Positions 40,537 through 54,699 of a DNA stretch of 64,000 nt are shown here, one piece after another. The stretch covers positions 1-64,000 of the forward strand of contig JAQGDQ010000568.1 of assembly GCA_030141605.1 (NCBI GenBank), read 5' to 3'. This DNA is from Tubiluchus corallicola. Taxonomy: Eukaryota; Animalia; Priapulida. Under the pieces are notes generated by a model, which was not told the origin of the DNA, ran no database searches, and saw only the letters and a program-made list of their open reading frames with translations. The first letter of the stretch is position 1, and each line of letters begins with the position of its first letter. The position numbers and the translations under genes are program-made.

Positions 40537-43500
40537 GTTATCACAAAGAGTGGTGTGTTTATGGGATTCGCAGTTTAATATCAGTAATACTTACTGTAAA
40601 AAACTGAAAAAAGGTTTAATTGTCACCATTAACATTAAACTGTACTTGATAGAATTATTCATAGAATAACATTCATAATAGAATGAAATTTTGTCTGTAT
40701 GATACACGCTACTTCTGATGTGCAATTATGCATTCTTAGTTCTCATGTTGTTAACTATAATTACAACAATTGTTCTGAAGGATTACTAATCTGATGATAT
40801 CTTCTTGCACCTCCGAACAAAAGTGCCATTTGTCCTCTTTCGCCACCTTTGTCACCTCTTTGAGGACATATCTCAGGACGTGATGCTGTGAAAAAAGTAG
40901 AGGGCGTGCAGTGTTGCCCTAGCGATGGTAATCACCTTGTTGCGTCGACCGTCCACGTCCATTGTTCTTACGTCAACATTGGTCCATCCCTATGACAACA
41001 GGACAACATCCACTTTGTCAACGTGTCAACATAAGTCTTGTGCCAGCAGGGTTCAATTGATGAGTACCATTCACTAGAGAAAGGATCCATTCAGGCAGTA
41101 TCCACCCAACTATCTCAGCATTACACAGATTCAAACAATGCTAATCAATGCTAGGTTACGCTGTTTTGACACCAAGTAATCTGACCATTCAGTGGGTAAT
41201 ACAATGACGGATAGTGTTTGCATTACCGTAAATCTTCCATAATTCCGTATTTTCTCTGGGAGTCATAATCCGGGCTTGGGGAAATAGAGACACAGACACT
41301 TGATTAGGTAGCATTGTTCTTAGCGAGATCTATTCAGCAAGGTAAACAGATTTTCAACACATCTGCCCAGGCTTACGTGAGTTGCCTTCCTTTAACAATC
41401 CTACACACACCCACGTAACATAGTGTCTAAATCTATGAGATTTAGACAAAACATATGAACTGCTATGCCTAATTAGTGATAAACCGTGACTGAATGGACT
41501 TGATCAGGTGTCTTCATCACACTTATGTAGTGCTTACGTCTTACTTGACATGTGCACCAAGTGCAAGAGAATTGTCAAAGGAGAGGAATTTGTGTAACCT
41601 TACTGACAGTATTATTGTTGACATTGCGATAACTGCGCGTGTGTTGGCCTATTTACTGGAAAAACTTTTTGTAATATACTTCTTCCAAGCACTATTTTTC
41701 TTTGCAACACCTGATAGTTGTAGAAAAACAGAATTAAGGAGCTTATGTCCTTTTTTGCAAAATAACAGAAAATTAATTCATTTCAAACTTAAAGTCTTTA
41801 GTATAGAGGGCGATTTCTATTCTTCCGTGATGTGCTATATTGTTTTTTCTGAATAAAAAAATCCATAAAATTGGTTTTCGATGATTTTTAAGCATATTTT
41901 TAATTGTCGTCTGAGAATAGTCTACTTTGCTGGACTGTAACGCCCTGTTTTTTTAAAGTCAGATTTTTCATTTTGCCTACGCAATCCTTATCATTATTAA
42001 CCATCTCCCCTCCCATATAATTTCCATTTTAAACAACGTTTTTGCAACTGAATGATCAAATCTCTGGGTGGATTGTAATATGGTGTACAATGTATTGATA
42101 ATAATTACAATTCAACTTTAACTAACTTGCTTCTTAATTTCTGATTGGGAAATTACCTAGCAGAAAAAGTTCCAACGCGCACAGGAAAGACGGCCAAAGC
42201 AGCCAATGTTATTGAAGGTCAAATGTGACCAAAATGCTGATAGTTTTAAGGCAATGTTCAATGAGAACCCAATTTCAAACTTGAGATTAAACAATGATAT
42301 TAGCCATTCATTATTGTATCGACTTACAAGTGTTTAATATTTCAACTCGTAAATGTGGAAGCCGTAATACTTAACCTACGACAGCAGAACTGGGTTTTAG
42401 CAAATGAAAAAATAATAGATTTTCCACATCCGGGTATTTTCTACCTACATTTTGCCCTTTGTGTACTGACCGCGACCACCTAGATTGTTACCCCATGTTT
42501 ACTTCTACTTAATTCCGCTTTTCAACGCTTCACAAACTCACACAGCCTCTCTTGCGTTGCCTTCTTATTATAAAACAGCGCAAATCTATTTAGTAGGATA
42601 CAATAGTAACAATGCCGGCCGCCTGGAGCGCTGCTTCTTCTAATGTTGTGAAGTTGCGCTCGAGTATTGTTTGTTTGCCAAGCCGTAATGGCGAACGGGC
42701 TACCAACGTTGTTTATTTAAATGTCGAATATGTTTATATTCTAGGATTATTGAAATAAGTTTGGGGCGGCTTATGCTGCACTGAAATAAACCAGCGGTTT
42801 CAGCCTGGCACCCCCGAGCTGGGGGGTTTCAAGCATCGCTTCGTGATTGGGTCGAAATGGCCACTAACAATGACTCTGTTTATTTTACATTATCCATTCA
42901 TATGCAGTATGTAGTGATTATGTTTGTACAACATATAGGGTATTAATGGCGAGGTTATGGAAACAGTGTTGGATTTGACTGGCAATTTGAGTTGGTATTC
43001 TCACCCGTCTAGTAAGGTACTTGAACACGTAAAGCTTCAAGTGTTTCCCAGTTTCAAAGAACCTTTGGGCACCGCAGCGTGTGTTTTCATAAGCTGTTTT
43101 TACTGAGCATTATTCGTTGTTTAGTGCTTAAAAGTAATTTTCCACCGAACAATAATCATGTAGACCTGACCAAGCCTTTCGACATCAGACTTGCCAACTG
43201 TATGTTGTTCCCATTGGAAAGGGATTATAAGTCTGATCAAGACAAATCAACAGCTGAGAGGAGTAATGATTCTGCTTTTGCAACTTTGTTTTTGATCTTA
43301 TTTTTTTAAAATTTATTTTCCATTTTATTTAGTGTTGTTACTCTGTTTCGTTATTTGTGAAAAAGTGAACTTAGAAACGTAATGTTTCTAACCTATTATA
43401 ATGTATAACACTTGCAATAAAGGACTTGTAACATTTTTGTACATTATTATGATGATAATTATAATTTTAATCATCGGATATCATATGAACTTTATTGGAC

Positions 43501-44524
43501 GATAACGAGATATTAATACTCGGATTTACTATGTTACAGTTTTGATCGATTAATTAATTAGTTAATTATTTCAGTTTTCTATATTGCTATCATTATATTA
43601 TATACCAATATATTTCCATATTATACCAACTTGTCAATGTATTGTATTATGATAAGTGTATAAAGACGATATTTTTATCTGTAACACAATAAATGATACG
43701 TATTTACATTAAAAAGTTTATTATTAGTAATTAATTTAATTTAGTAGTAATAAATTTAGTTATTTATAATGCTACCGTAATGCCAAACTTGTCAATTGCA
43801 TTATGATATGCGAACAAAGACGATATATTTAGTTTTATCGCAATAAATGATACATAGCTACATTAAAATGTTTATTAGTAGTAGTGGTTTATTATTAATT
43901 AAAGTAATTAAAGAATTTTTTGTATTAATTATAATGTTAAACTTCTGTAGCGCGGTTTGGTTTAAAACTGCCTTCATTTGTCGGAAATTGCCGCTTATTA
44001 GAAATCTGGAAACGAATATCTTAACGTAGCTGTAATAAAATATAGTAGCTTCAGTTTGGCAAAATGCCAAAATGGTACATGTCTGCTACAAATTATTTCC
44101 TGTTCTATACTGTTTTTGGAGACAATTTCAAAGCCCTACCGATATTTGTACACAACCGATGTAAAGGAGTAACGCCGGTGCTGAAGTTGCGAAACTTTGC
44201 GCCTCCTCCGCGAGGGGCTTCCTCGTATTTAACAACAGTCACAGCGGGTAGATAATGTGTATCTCAATGTCACAGGAAACAGAACTAATGACAGGATGCT
44301 GATGGTCTGTTGTAAGACATTCTGGAACTCATGTTACATGAAAGAAAACAAGACATGGATAGACCACGCCAGTGTGTTGGTAATTATGTAGAACAGGCTA
44401 GACTGTGTAATTATGTACGACCTGCCAAAACTGACTGCATAACAATTATGATAAAATGAGCTAATGTCACACAGGCTAATGTCTGACAGTAAGCTTCAAT
44501 CTTTAGAAAAAGTAACAAAGTGGC

Positions 44525-44723
44525 ATATTATCATCGTCATCATTATCATCATCATCATCATCATCATCGTCATCATCACCATCATCGTCATCATCATCAT
44601 CTTCTTCTTCTTCTTCTTCAGCATCATCATCATTCATCATCTTCATCTTCTTCTTCTTCATCAGCATCATCATCATCATCATCATCATCATCACTATCAG
44701 CATCAGCATCATCATCATCATCG
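44525..44723. repeat. (CAT)n/(CTT)n microsatellite
   Basis: Read directly. Confidence 0.97.
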
Positions 44724-44989
44724 TAAGTTTTTTTGAAACCTTTATTTGCGGGCATACAATTTATAACACATAAATTTGATTGCAAAAACATATTATACTA
44801 AGTAAATTCGTAAAACAAATTTACAAAATCAGGTGTGTTTCACTGCCAAATTCTTTAACAATTTCACTTCGTCAAAACATCACTAACTTAGTTTAAATTT
44901 TTAATCATAGCATTTATAAACACATGCATCTTACATACGTGTATCATCAAATAGAAATTCTATCTATATTCTATATATATATAGAAATA

Positions 44990-45292
<303 letters not shown>

Positions 45293-45580
45293 AGTAAAAG
45301 ATCAGTTAACACTACCTGTGTGCAGTTATGAAGGTATGAGGATATGAAGTTAAGCAACAATGAATCTGGTGAGTAAACAGATGCGTAGCCGACTAGGAAA
45401 CTCTAGGAAACAACTACTGCTCGCGTTATTTAGGACTACCATCTCAAGGAAGCATGTATACAGATAAAAACTATAAAACAGTTTACTGACAATTGTTGAA
45501 TTAAAATTTTACTGAATTATGTAATTCAGTTCTCTGATTTTTAAACGGGCGATCTTTAGAAAATTTGGGAGGTTTGAGGT

Positions 45581-46124
45581 TTAAAGGAAAACAGGATGAT
45601 TTTTCACATCCCACCCATTTTGAAGTACGGTAAAAAAAAGTATAGATTTTCACACCGATAATAATGACAAAGCGTTTCAGACAATTAAATGCTAAATTAA
45701 AACTTTAACTAACGACGGGCGAAGTGATGACATCACAAACTAACATAATTTTCAACAGCATAAACATTCCACGCGCGTGTTGCACGTGTTTGGGAAAACA
45801 AAAATTGAAGTTTCCGGCAAATTTTACGTTCAAAATTCAAATTTCGAGTTTACCATGAGCTCTCAAAAACGTTGGCACTACGTCGCAACTCAACACATCT
45901 GAACTGAGAGGTACAGCTTCTGTTTTTGTGCAACGCGTTTCCTAGATGCAGACGATAGTAGCGAATGGCGAGATACACGTAACTTCGAATAACACGAAAT
46001 TATGCTTCTGCGGTAAAATTTCTTTCACGTAAGTCATTCTTGGAAAATCAGTGTTGCCTTTCAATGCTTCGTAGGCTAGATTGTTTTGAGCTGTAGTTTA
46101 AGATTGTGCCCGGTTTTCCTTCAA
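45581..46124 (+). mobile_element. Kolobok/T2-like MITE family A
   Basis: TTAA|AGGAAAACAGG ... CCGGTTTTCCT|TCAA; the clearest TIR pair of the family. Confidence 0.85.
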
Positions 46125-47374
46125 TTTCAAGTAACCAAAATAATAACCGTTAATAATTAGAAGAATTCAAGTGGGACTGGCTGGCAATGTAAACCATCTG
46201 TTATCTCTCACAGTGCCAATTAGTAAATCACTTACAAATACGTGATCAGATGTTGTACAATAAGCTCATTCGTTCCTCTAGGCAGTTGTTGGCATTAATC
46301 CCATAAATATTATAACAATATTGTGCACTAAGGCGAAGAGACTTGTTCAAAACGTTTAATGAGGGCCAACCTGGCGCTAATTACCTTTTGCAACCTTTAA
46401 AGTTTTTTCCAGGGCAGCTGATTTAACTCTTAATCATTGAAACGTATTACGTATGTAGATGCAACCGAATCTAATTATGCAGTTGTAAATCGTTAAAACA
46501 AGATTTAAATTTCTCATCTTTTGGTACAAAGTGACAGTGTGTTATTAATTAGATGAAAGTTTAATTAGCAGGTTGTCATTGCAAGCTTATGAAGCAGGTG
46601 AATAACGACATTTTTCATTTTTAAATTGGGGATGCGTTTAACCGTATTATTGATGCATGCTGAATCGTTAGTTGAAAAAACTTTGAAAAAAAATACAAAA
46701 AGTATTGTGTTCACACCCTGCTCAGCAATTCTATTTTTTTATATATCTGCTCATAAATAATATTTTAAATATTATTATAAAATGTCCAGTAAACAAATGA
46801 ATATTATGTAATTACCAATGCGTATTCATAATGTGCTTTTCACATGCTGACCTTGAATTACAAAATGTTTTTTCACTTGGTTCTCAAACATGTTACTCAT
46901 TGTAGGATTGCTTTTATAACGCTGATAGAATTTAGTGAATTTTAAAGCCATTCAATACATTTCGTTTTTAATTTTGCTATTTTGGTAATAACTACTTGGG
47001 CGTATAGTAACAAATTTGCCAGTTTTCAAAATTTCAAAAAAACAAAATTTAGTGATTTATTTACTGTATTTCTAAATTAGAATTATTTTGTATTGGCTAA
47101 TAAAACAAGTTTTGTGCTAAAATTTTTCTTAATTTGGAAATTCATCTTTCTTTTAAATTTTTGTTGAATGTGCACAAAACATTACGACATTAAAGACGTT
47201 CTAAACCGACACTGTCATTCAAGAGTTGTCTACGCGGATCGCAGCTTCTTCGTGATATTGTTATAAACTTTTACTGTGATTTTTGTTTAGCTAATATTCA
47301 CAAAATGGCGACTTGTCATGTATGAACAACTTGTTATGTATGAAGTCTCATCTACTCCCAGTTTCCAACTTTTC

Positions 47375-48425
47375 ACGACAAGAAATGATTTAAGACTTTG
47401 TACATTTAACACACGACAAGAAGTTATTTAAGAGTTTGTACTGTTAACACACGACAAGAAGTTATTTAAGAGTTTGTACTATTAACACACCACAAGAAGT
47501 TATTTAAGAGTTTGTACTATTAACACACCACAAGAAGTTATTTAAGAGTTTGTACTATTAACTCACCATAATAAGTTATTTAAGAGTTTGTACTATTAAC
47601 ACACCATAATAAGTTATTTAAGAGTTGTACTATTAACACACTACAAGAAGTTATTTAAGAGTTTGTACTGTTAACACACCACAAGAAGTTATTTAAGAGT
47701 TTGTACATTTAACATACGACAAGAAGTTATTTAAGAGTTTGTACTATTAACACACCACAAGAAGTTATTTAAGAGTTTGTACTATTAACACACCACAAGA
47801 AGTTATTTAAGAGTTTGTACTGTTAACACACCACAAGAAGTTATTTAAGAGTTTGTACTATTAACACACTACAAGAAGTTATTTAAGAGTTTGTACTATT
47901 AACACACCGCAAGAAGTTATTTAAGAGTTTGTACTATTAACACACTACAAGAAGTTATTTAAGAGTTTGTACTGTTAACACACCACAAGAAGTTATTTAA
48001 GAGTTTGTACTATTAACACACCACAAGAAGTTATTTAAGAGTTTGTACTATTAACACACCGCAAGAAGTTATTTAAGAGTTTGTACTATTAACACACTAC
48101 AAGAAGTTATTTAAGAGTTTGTACTGTTAACACACCACAAGAAGTTATTTAAGAGTTTGTACTATTAACACACCACAAGAAGTTATTTAAGAGTTTGTAC
48201 TATTAACACACCGCAAGAAGTTATTTAAGAGTTTGTACTATTAACACACTACAAGAAGTTATTTAAGAGTTTGTACTGTTAACACACCACAAGAAGTTAT
48301 TTAAGAGTTTGTACTATTAACACACCACAAGAAGTTATTTAAGAGTTTGTACTATTAACACACCGCAAGAAGTTATTTAAGAGTTTGTACTATTAACACA
48401 CTACAAGAAGTTATTTAAGAGTTTG
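47375..48425. repeat. 38-bp minisatellite, ~27 copies
   Basis: Unit CAAGAAGTTATTTAAGAGTTTGTACTATTAACACACCA. Confidence 0.95.
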
Positions 48426-49179
48426 TTGTTGGTTTTTGGTTTGTTTTTTGTTTTTGGTTTTTTTTAGAAGAAGTGATTTAAGAGTTTGTACTATTAACAC
48501 AAAACACGTGAATGTGATCTGAAACTCGTGCATGTCTAATATGTGTTTTGTGCGAAAATTACGTAAATATTTATTAGCCTAGAGGAATAAGCAAGTGTTT
48601 TAGAAAGTAAGTCTTTCATTCGTGAAGGGAAAAAATTGTGATGCTTCTCGCAATTAGTAACAACAACTAACCTTATTATAATATAATTATAGTTACATAT
48701 TATTTTTAGTCTAATTATAATCAGTTTTATACTGTTTACACTGAAAGCAGCCAAAGAATAAATTAGAAAAGGAATCTGACGTATATATTGATTTAACTCT
48801 TGCACTTGTATCACACAATTCGTGTAAGCATTACCCTTTTGTTTATTATCACGTCCTTGGACAGACATACCCAATCGATCAAGAAATCTCAGTGTGGAAA
48901 CACCTGATCGAAATAATGAGCCCTGCAGGCCTAATGAGTACTGTTGGTCTAATGAATCTGCGAAGCCAGTTCAACCGCCCCTAATGGCGCGGAGAGCTCT
49001 CATTTACACCTTGAAATGTTTGTAAACATCACGTAGCTTGCAACAATTTTCACTGGTAACTACTACGGACGTGCTGGTTTACGAGTATCTAATAGTAGGT
49101 GTAACTGAGTAGGCAGGGTTGATAGTTCTACCCATAGATTAACTGTTGACTCTTCCCCGTAGGACTAATTGTTAGATTA

Positions 49180-49565
49180 ATTATTAAACCCAGGCTTTAA
49201 TTTGGAGAGAAGACTAATGAAACAAACCCACAATGAATTAAAGTTTGATACCAAACACGGAATGTGAAAAAGTTGTGGTACAGCCTGGATTTGAACCAGG
49301 AACGTTCTTCTTACAAGGCAAACGCCTTTAATCACTTCGCCATTGTAACATCCAGTTGTCAAGGTGGTTGGAAGTTCATCCTTACAGCTGGCTAATCGGA
49401 CTAATTCGTTGATTTGTAAGCAGAAGGTTCCGGGTTCAAATTCAGACGGTATCCCAACTTTTTAACATTTCCTGTCTTTCGAGTTTGTTTCAAGATTTAA
49501 TAAATTGTGGAATTTTAGCATTTTTTATGATAATCTTGACATTAAGATCATGATAACTAATATTA
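49180..49565. mobile_element. Divergent pair of tRNA-derived SINE copies (same family as 7905-8097)
   Basis: Minus copy has GGATTTGAACC at ~49286-49296 plus TTCTTCTTACAAGGCA; plus copy has GGGTTCAAATTC at ~49432. Confidence 0.65.
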
Positions 49566-50214
49566 TTTAATATTAATATTAATAGAAATAATTATTTTAT
49601 TTTATAAGCCTAAGTATACAATTTATAAACTACATTTATTGAAATTTTTAACGAAGAATTGCATAGAGTGAACGTAAACAAAGTAAAAAAACTTGACATT
49701 TCATACCAATGATAATTATGAATCATATTAGTTTTGCTATAAATATATTTATAGTGCTATGATAAGCATATACATGCTTTGTTTCATAATTAGAAATGTC
49801 ACTAAAGTGAAAAAGTGACGGGACGTGTTTTAGTTTGAATCTAATTTAATATGTCTAGTGAATTTAATTCAAATTTTATTTGTTTCATTAAATGAACAAG
49901 TCGATGTGCAAAACGCATGAATGATTATGAAGTATATAATAATGTATGTAAAAATACGTAGCTCACAACTGTTATAATGATTTCGTATAATAACTATATA
50001 TTATATTATATTAAAACATTATAATCATATGCCACTGTTAGATATATATTTGCTCTGTTATTTAGTTTTGTATTATAGCTATTAGAAATATTTCTAAGTT
50101 TGCTATTGTTTTGTGTATAGTACTTTTTAGATACACGTTCTTTTTGCAATATCTTACTTTTTGCAGACTGTGTTAAACCACAAAAAAACCCTCTTTTTTC
50201 ATAAATCTAGGAAA

Positions 50215-50985
50215 ATTCGTATTGCAATTTTGTATCGCCTACAAGCTCTGTATGTTGCGCACAGAATTTATATTAGCAGTAATGCTGTATGAAACTTGAA
50301 AGTTAAACACCCGAGATGACCGTTAGACGCAGCCATTTTGAAGATTTCATTTGAAATAAGTTTAGATAACACTGAGCAAAGTTTGAAAAAATAATCAGAG
50401 CATTCGTAGCGTACACGTCACAAACCAAGTAAAATTTTAAATTACTGCTTCCTGTCAACAAGATTACAAATACGTTTTTGGTTATTGAGTTAGTTAGTGA
50501 ATCAGCGACATTTTACCAATTGGTGAAAGCATTTTAAATAATTAATAATTTTCTTTTCTAGTTACATAAGTCTTTCATGCAGGTAAACAAAATTCTAAGT
50601 AATATAATTTTGGATGGAAAGTTTTTTTGTTTCATAGTTTGACATTTACTTTTCTTCCTCTGATTTACGTTGCTTCATAAGTTGTTTGAAACAAGTTTAG
50701 ATAACATTGCCTAAAGTTTGAAAAAGTAATCAGAGTATTCGTAGCACATACTTCGTTAACTTTGCAAAAGAATAAATTGCTTTGCTCTGTCAATAAGATT
50801 AGTAATCTCTTTTCTAGTGAGTCGCTGACGTTTTTGGTTCACACTGAGTATAGTGAACAGTGACGCAGTTGGAGTGAACATTTTAAATTGTGAAGAACTT
50901 CCTTTTCCAATTACTTAAGTCTTTCAGACAAATGAAAGCAATATAACTTTGTATGGAAAGTTTTCCATATCATGCGTTAAAGTAT
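50215..50985 (-). mobile_element. Two tandem fragments of repeat family B
   Basis: Reverse complements of family B motifs: GCAGCCATTTTG, TTTGAAACAAGTTTAGATAAC and TATAACTTTGTATGGAAAG. Confidence 0.7.
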
Positions 50986-51041
50986 TGTTTGCTTCTCTTT
51001 AGCTTTTCTTTGATATATATAAGTCATAGGCACAAGGTTTC

Positions 51042-51211
<170 letters not shown>

Positions 51212-51617
51212 GAAACGTAATGATTTTTTCCAAATTTTTATTATTGAAATTCATTTTAATAAATTTTTTATGTTTGCCAAATGCTCCCATGTTCGTTCCG
51301 TGAGGGTTAAAGCGTCACATCTGTGTTTCAATATTACAAGCATCAATATTATTCATGCCAAATAATGGCTCTTACCCTGCAATTAATATAACAACCTCCT
51401 TCGTATTAATCCGAGATGATTTTCTATTACAAACAGCAGGGATAAATATGCAGGTTTTTTCTTCCTTGTTTGGGCATGATTGGTTAAACGCAGCTGCTGC
51501 TAATAAGCATAATAACAGTTTCTTGCATAAATCAAATACTGATATTTGGAAGTACAGAACCAGTGCTGTATAAGAAAGGTGTATAAACTAGATGAGTAAC
51601 GTGTCTAGGTCTATATC

Positions 51618-52251
51618 TTAAAGGAAGGCAGGATGATTTTTCATATACCTGTACTGTCCCATTTTCAAGTACGGTAAAAAGCATACATTTTAACACCACA
51701 ATACTGTAAAAGCGTTTCTGATGACTATGTAATAGATTAAGATCTTGATTAACGACCGACAAGCCCAACTAGTGATGACATCACAAACTAACATAATTTT
51801 CAACATCAAAAAAACATTCCACGGGCGTGTTGCACGTGTTTGCGAAAGCGAAAATTGAAGTACAGTGCTGCTGTAAGATAATCAGTGTGTTGTACTAAAA
51901 CTAAGCAAGTTTTAAGATAAAAATTTAAATTTCTAATTTATCGCTGTGCTCACGCATGAGCTGTCGAACGTGTGTAGTTGGTCACAACTTAGCACATCTG
52001 AACTGAGCGGTACAGCACCTGTTTTTTGTACAATACGTTTCGGAAATGCAGGCGCTAGTGCCCGCCTAACTAGAGAATGGCGAAATGCATGTAACAGCGA
52101 AGAATTAGTGGCGCGAACGTGAAATTGTGTTTATGTGGTAGTAATTCTGCCACGTAAGTCATTTTTGAAAAAATAGTATGTTTGCTTTCTATACTATAAA
52201 GATTAGAGTGTTTTGACCTACAGTTTAACATTGGATCCGGTTTTGCATTAA
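51618..52251 (+). mobile_element. Kolobok/T2-like MITE family A, full length
   Basis: TTAA|AGGAAGGCAGGATGATTTTTCA ... GATCCGGTTTTGCA|TTAA; shares its body with six other copies in the window. Confidence 0.85.
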
Positions 52252-52994
52252 AGTTATATCGTCGATGGGCTTCTCTACTAATAGATAATAAACCATTGAA
52301 TGAAGTGCGTTATTATTTTGTATTAAACCAATCACCTGATTTGGGAACAAAACACAAAATCGGCTTAGTGACTTTGCGTAAAGGAGACAAGTATTTTAAA
52401 ACGCGATTCACATGTATTATTCACAACTCATAGTATACTTAAAAAGTACACTTATACTTCTTTGCTTTAATGAAACAAAAATAAAAAACGTGTTTTAAAA
52501 TAGAATTTGCTTCAAATTGATCTTTTTTGTAAAATAAAATTTTGCATAGTCAGGGCTGTACAGACGTATTGATTATTGCACAATTTTTCGAAAATATATA
52601 TTTCATTGTTTTACGGGAGGAACTTAAATTGTAACTATCGCAAAATGTGTAATTTTAATTAGATGTATGTAAAAATACGTAGCTCACAACTGTTATAATA
52701 GTTCGTTTACAAGCTGAGTAATAGTTATATTTATTTAAAAAATTAAATGTTTTAGATCTTATTGTATATAGCCTACAGAACTGATGAATGAAAATGTTAT
52801 TATCTTCTGCATATTAAAGAAAATGAATTATTATAATTTGTATTGATAATATTCACCCGCCTCAAAGAAAGTGTGTTAAATTTTCATTTCGTTTGCATGC
52901 ATAAAGTTTTACATAAAATAAGTTGCACCTGTAGATTTGCTATTTTTTATACAAAAAAGTAAGAAAAATCATGAAATAACCATAACAATTATGT

Positions 52995-53000
52995 TTTATT
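52995..53000 (-). terminator. Candidate FoxG polyadenylation signal (AATAAA on minus strand)
   Basis: Plus-strand TTTATT at 52995-53000, ~420 nt past the stop codon, after an AU-rich putative 3'UTR. Confidence 0.4.
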
Positions 53001-53422
53001 ATCACTTATAAATTAAATAGATACTTATATGGCACGTCGTTATATACAAACAAGGTCAAATAATTTATATGCTTCAAATATTGTCTCAAATTGCTTTTCT
53101 ATAAGACTGCACATAGTTAGCTTAAATTCAATAATGTTGATAATCAGTTCATTTGCTTTTTTGCTGAAATCTAGCGCAATGGAGAAAATTTGACTCCCCG
53201 AAAGTACAGTTTTTAAATGCAAAATTTTAGTTTTTAGTCAAAGAGAAAAAACAGTACTGATTTTGATTTACACTTTAAAATAACACAACCTTTCCTTCGA
53301 CTGCATAATTACAATATGCTATTAAATTATTATAACGAGAAATTAACAGCAATTATATTTACATCATAAAAGAATGTAATTCATTACATACAGTTCGAAT
53401 AGCGTTTCGCTCCAACTCTGGC

Positions 53423-54580
53423 TCAGCTGTTCCTAGCCAAGACAGCACTGGGATAATTAAGGGAAGGCAAAGAATCAGATGGCAAAGTTTGTCTCCCGGG
53501 AGTTGACACCTGGCTAACGACTTGGGAAGCGGAGAAGGCTGACTGGGGGCTCACTGACAACCCTCGTGCAGCTAGCTGTGCGTAGACGTCGTATGCCGGC
53601 GTTGCCGTTTGCAGGTGTGATAAATGTGGATACAGATACCCGGCTACTTGACCGTTCTGTGCCGTGTAGCCAGCGCTGGTCAGTCCTGCAAGACCAGCAC
53701 GAATTGAACCAAAGTCCGGGTGTAGAGACGCTTGCGAGACCATCACTGAATCACTGCTGTTGATGAGTCTGTCCACGGAGAAACCGTGTCCAGCAAGTGG
53801 TCGATTCATTGCCGGATTTGCCGTCATGAGATTCGAATATGGATACCCACTTGCCGTGCCGTAACGGTAAGCCGCTGCCAGCTGCTGAGAAAACGGGTAC
53901 ATCGACGACATGGGCCAGAGGAGCGGTTTCTCATCCATGCCTGGAATTCCTCTTTTGAAAGCGGCAAGGCGACTTCGCGAAGCTGCCGTTGATCGTCTCC
54001 GTAACTTGCCGGTTGTACCACCAATGAAAACGTCGTCGCTACTGGGATCCAACATCCAATAGTTTCCTTTGCCCGGATCGTCGTAATGACGAGGTACTTT
54101 CACAAAACATTTGTTCAAACTCAAGTTATGTCTGATAGAGTTTTGCCAACCCTGTTTATTTTCACGATAATAAGGAAAGTTTTTCATTATAAACTCATAA
54201 ATACCGTTCAGCGTCAGTCTTTTCTCCGGGCTGCTTCTAATCGCCATCATAATCAGAGCGTTGTAGCTAAATGGCGGTTTTTCACCCTTTTTCTTCTCCG
54301 TTTCTTTTTCCTTATCAGGAGAATCTTTGGCTTCTTTTTCAGACTTTTCATCGGTCGCATTTTCGTTGTTACTTTCCTTGCACGGTTCACTGTCGACGTC
54401 GTCATCATCATCAGCTGTTGTCACGTCTAGATGAGGCTCGTCTTCGAGCTGGTCTTCGTTCTCGTCGCTCTGAGGCGAAGCGTTTACAACAGTCTCTGGC
54501 AAAATACTAGAAATGCTGAACGAACTGTGTAACTTGGTCTTCGGTATCATCAGTGCTGGTTCCATATCAACATGGACCAT
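53423..54580 (-). CDS. FoxG: Forkhead box protein G (FoxG1/BF-1/sloppy-paired class), single exon, ~385 aa
   Basis: Forkhead domain [79 protein letters not shown] followed by the FoxG-diagnostic [20 protein letters not shown]-terminal eh1 motif FSISSIL and a C-terminal FSVDRLI motif. The track ORF begins at a TTG (54616); the first ATG is at 54580 in good context (GCAATGG). Confidence 0.97.
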   Translation of the reverse strand: MVHVDMEPALMIPKTKLHSSFSISSILPETVVNASPQSDENEDQLEDEPHLDVTTADDDDDVDSEPCKESNNENATDEKSEKEAKDSPDKEKETEKKKGEKPPFSYNALIMMAIRSSPEKRLTLNGIYEFIMKNFPYYRENKQGWQNSIRHNLSLNKCFVKVPRHYDDPGKGNYWMLDPSSDDVFIGGTTGKLRRRSTAASRSRLAAFKRGIPGMDEKPLLWPMSSMYPFSQQLAAAYRYGTASGYPYSNLMTANPAMNRPLAGHGFSVDRLINSSDSVMVSQASLHPDFGSIRAGLAGLTSAGYTAQNGQVAGYLYPHLSHLQTATPAYDVYAQLAARGLSVSPQSAFSASQVVSQVSTPGRQTLPSDSLPSLNYPSAVLARNS

Positions 54581-54699
54581 TGCTGTACGCACAATGCAAA
54601 CACAAGAATCTTTCAAACTGCTACTGTGTGGTCTGATAGCTTACTGCCACTGTGAACACCTTCAGTGATTTAGTCACTTTTAGCCGAACGCTGCTGTCA

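Noticed and set aside
47375-48425. CRISPR-like appearance of the 38-44 bp arrays
   Set aside because: Units are contiguous with no unique spacers, there are no cas genes, and the context is eukaryotic.
53566-54510. Antisense and alternate-frame ORFs overlapping FoxG
   Set aside because: Shadow ORFs of a GC-richer coding region with no recognisable motifs.
54581-54616. N-terminal extension of FoxG from the TTG start in the ORF track
   Set aside because: A near-cognate start is unlikely here; the ATG at 54580 has good context and precedes the eh1 motif as in other FoxG proteins.
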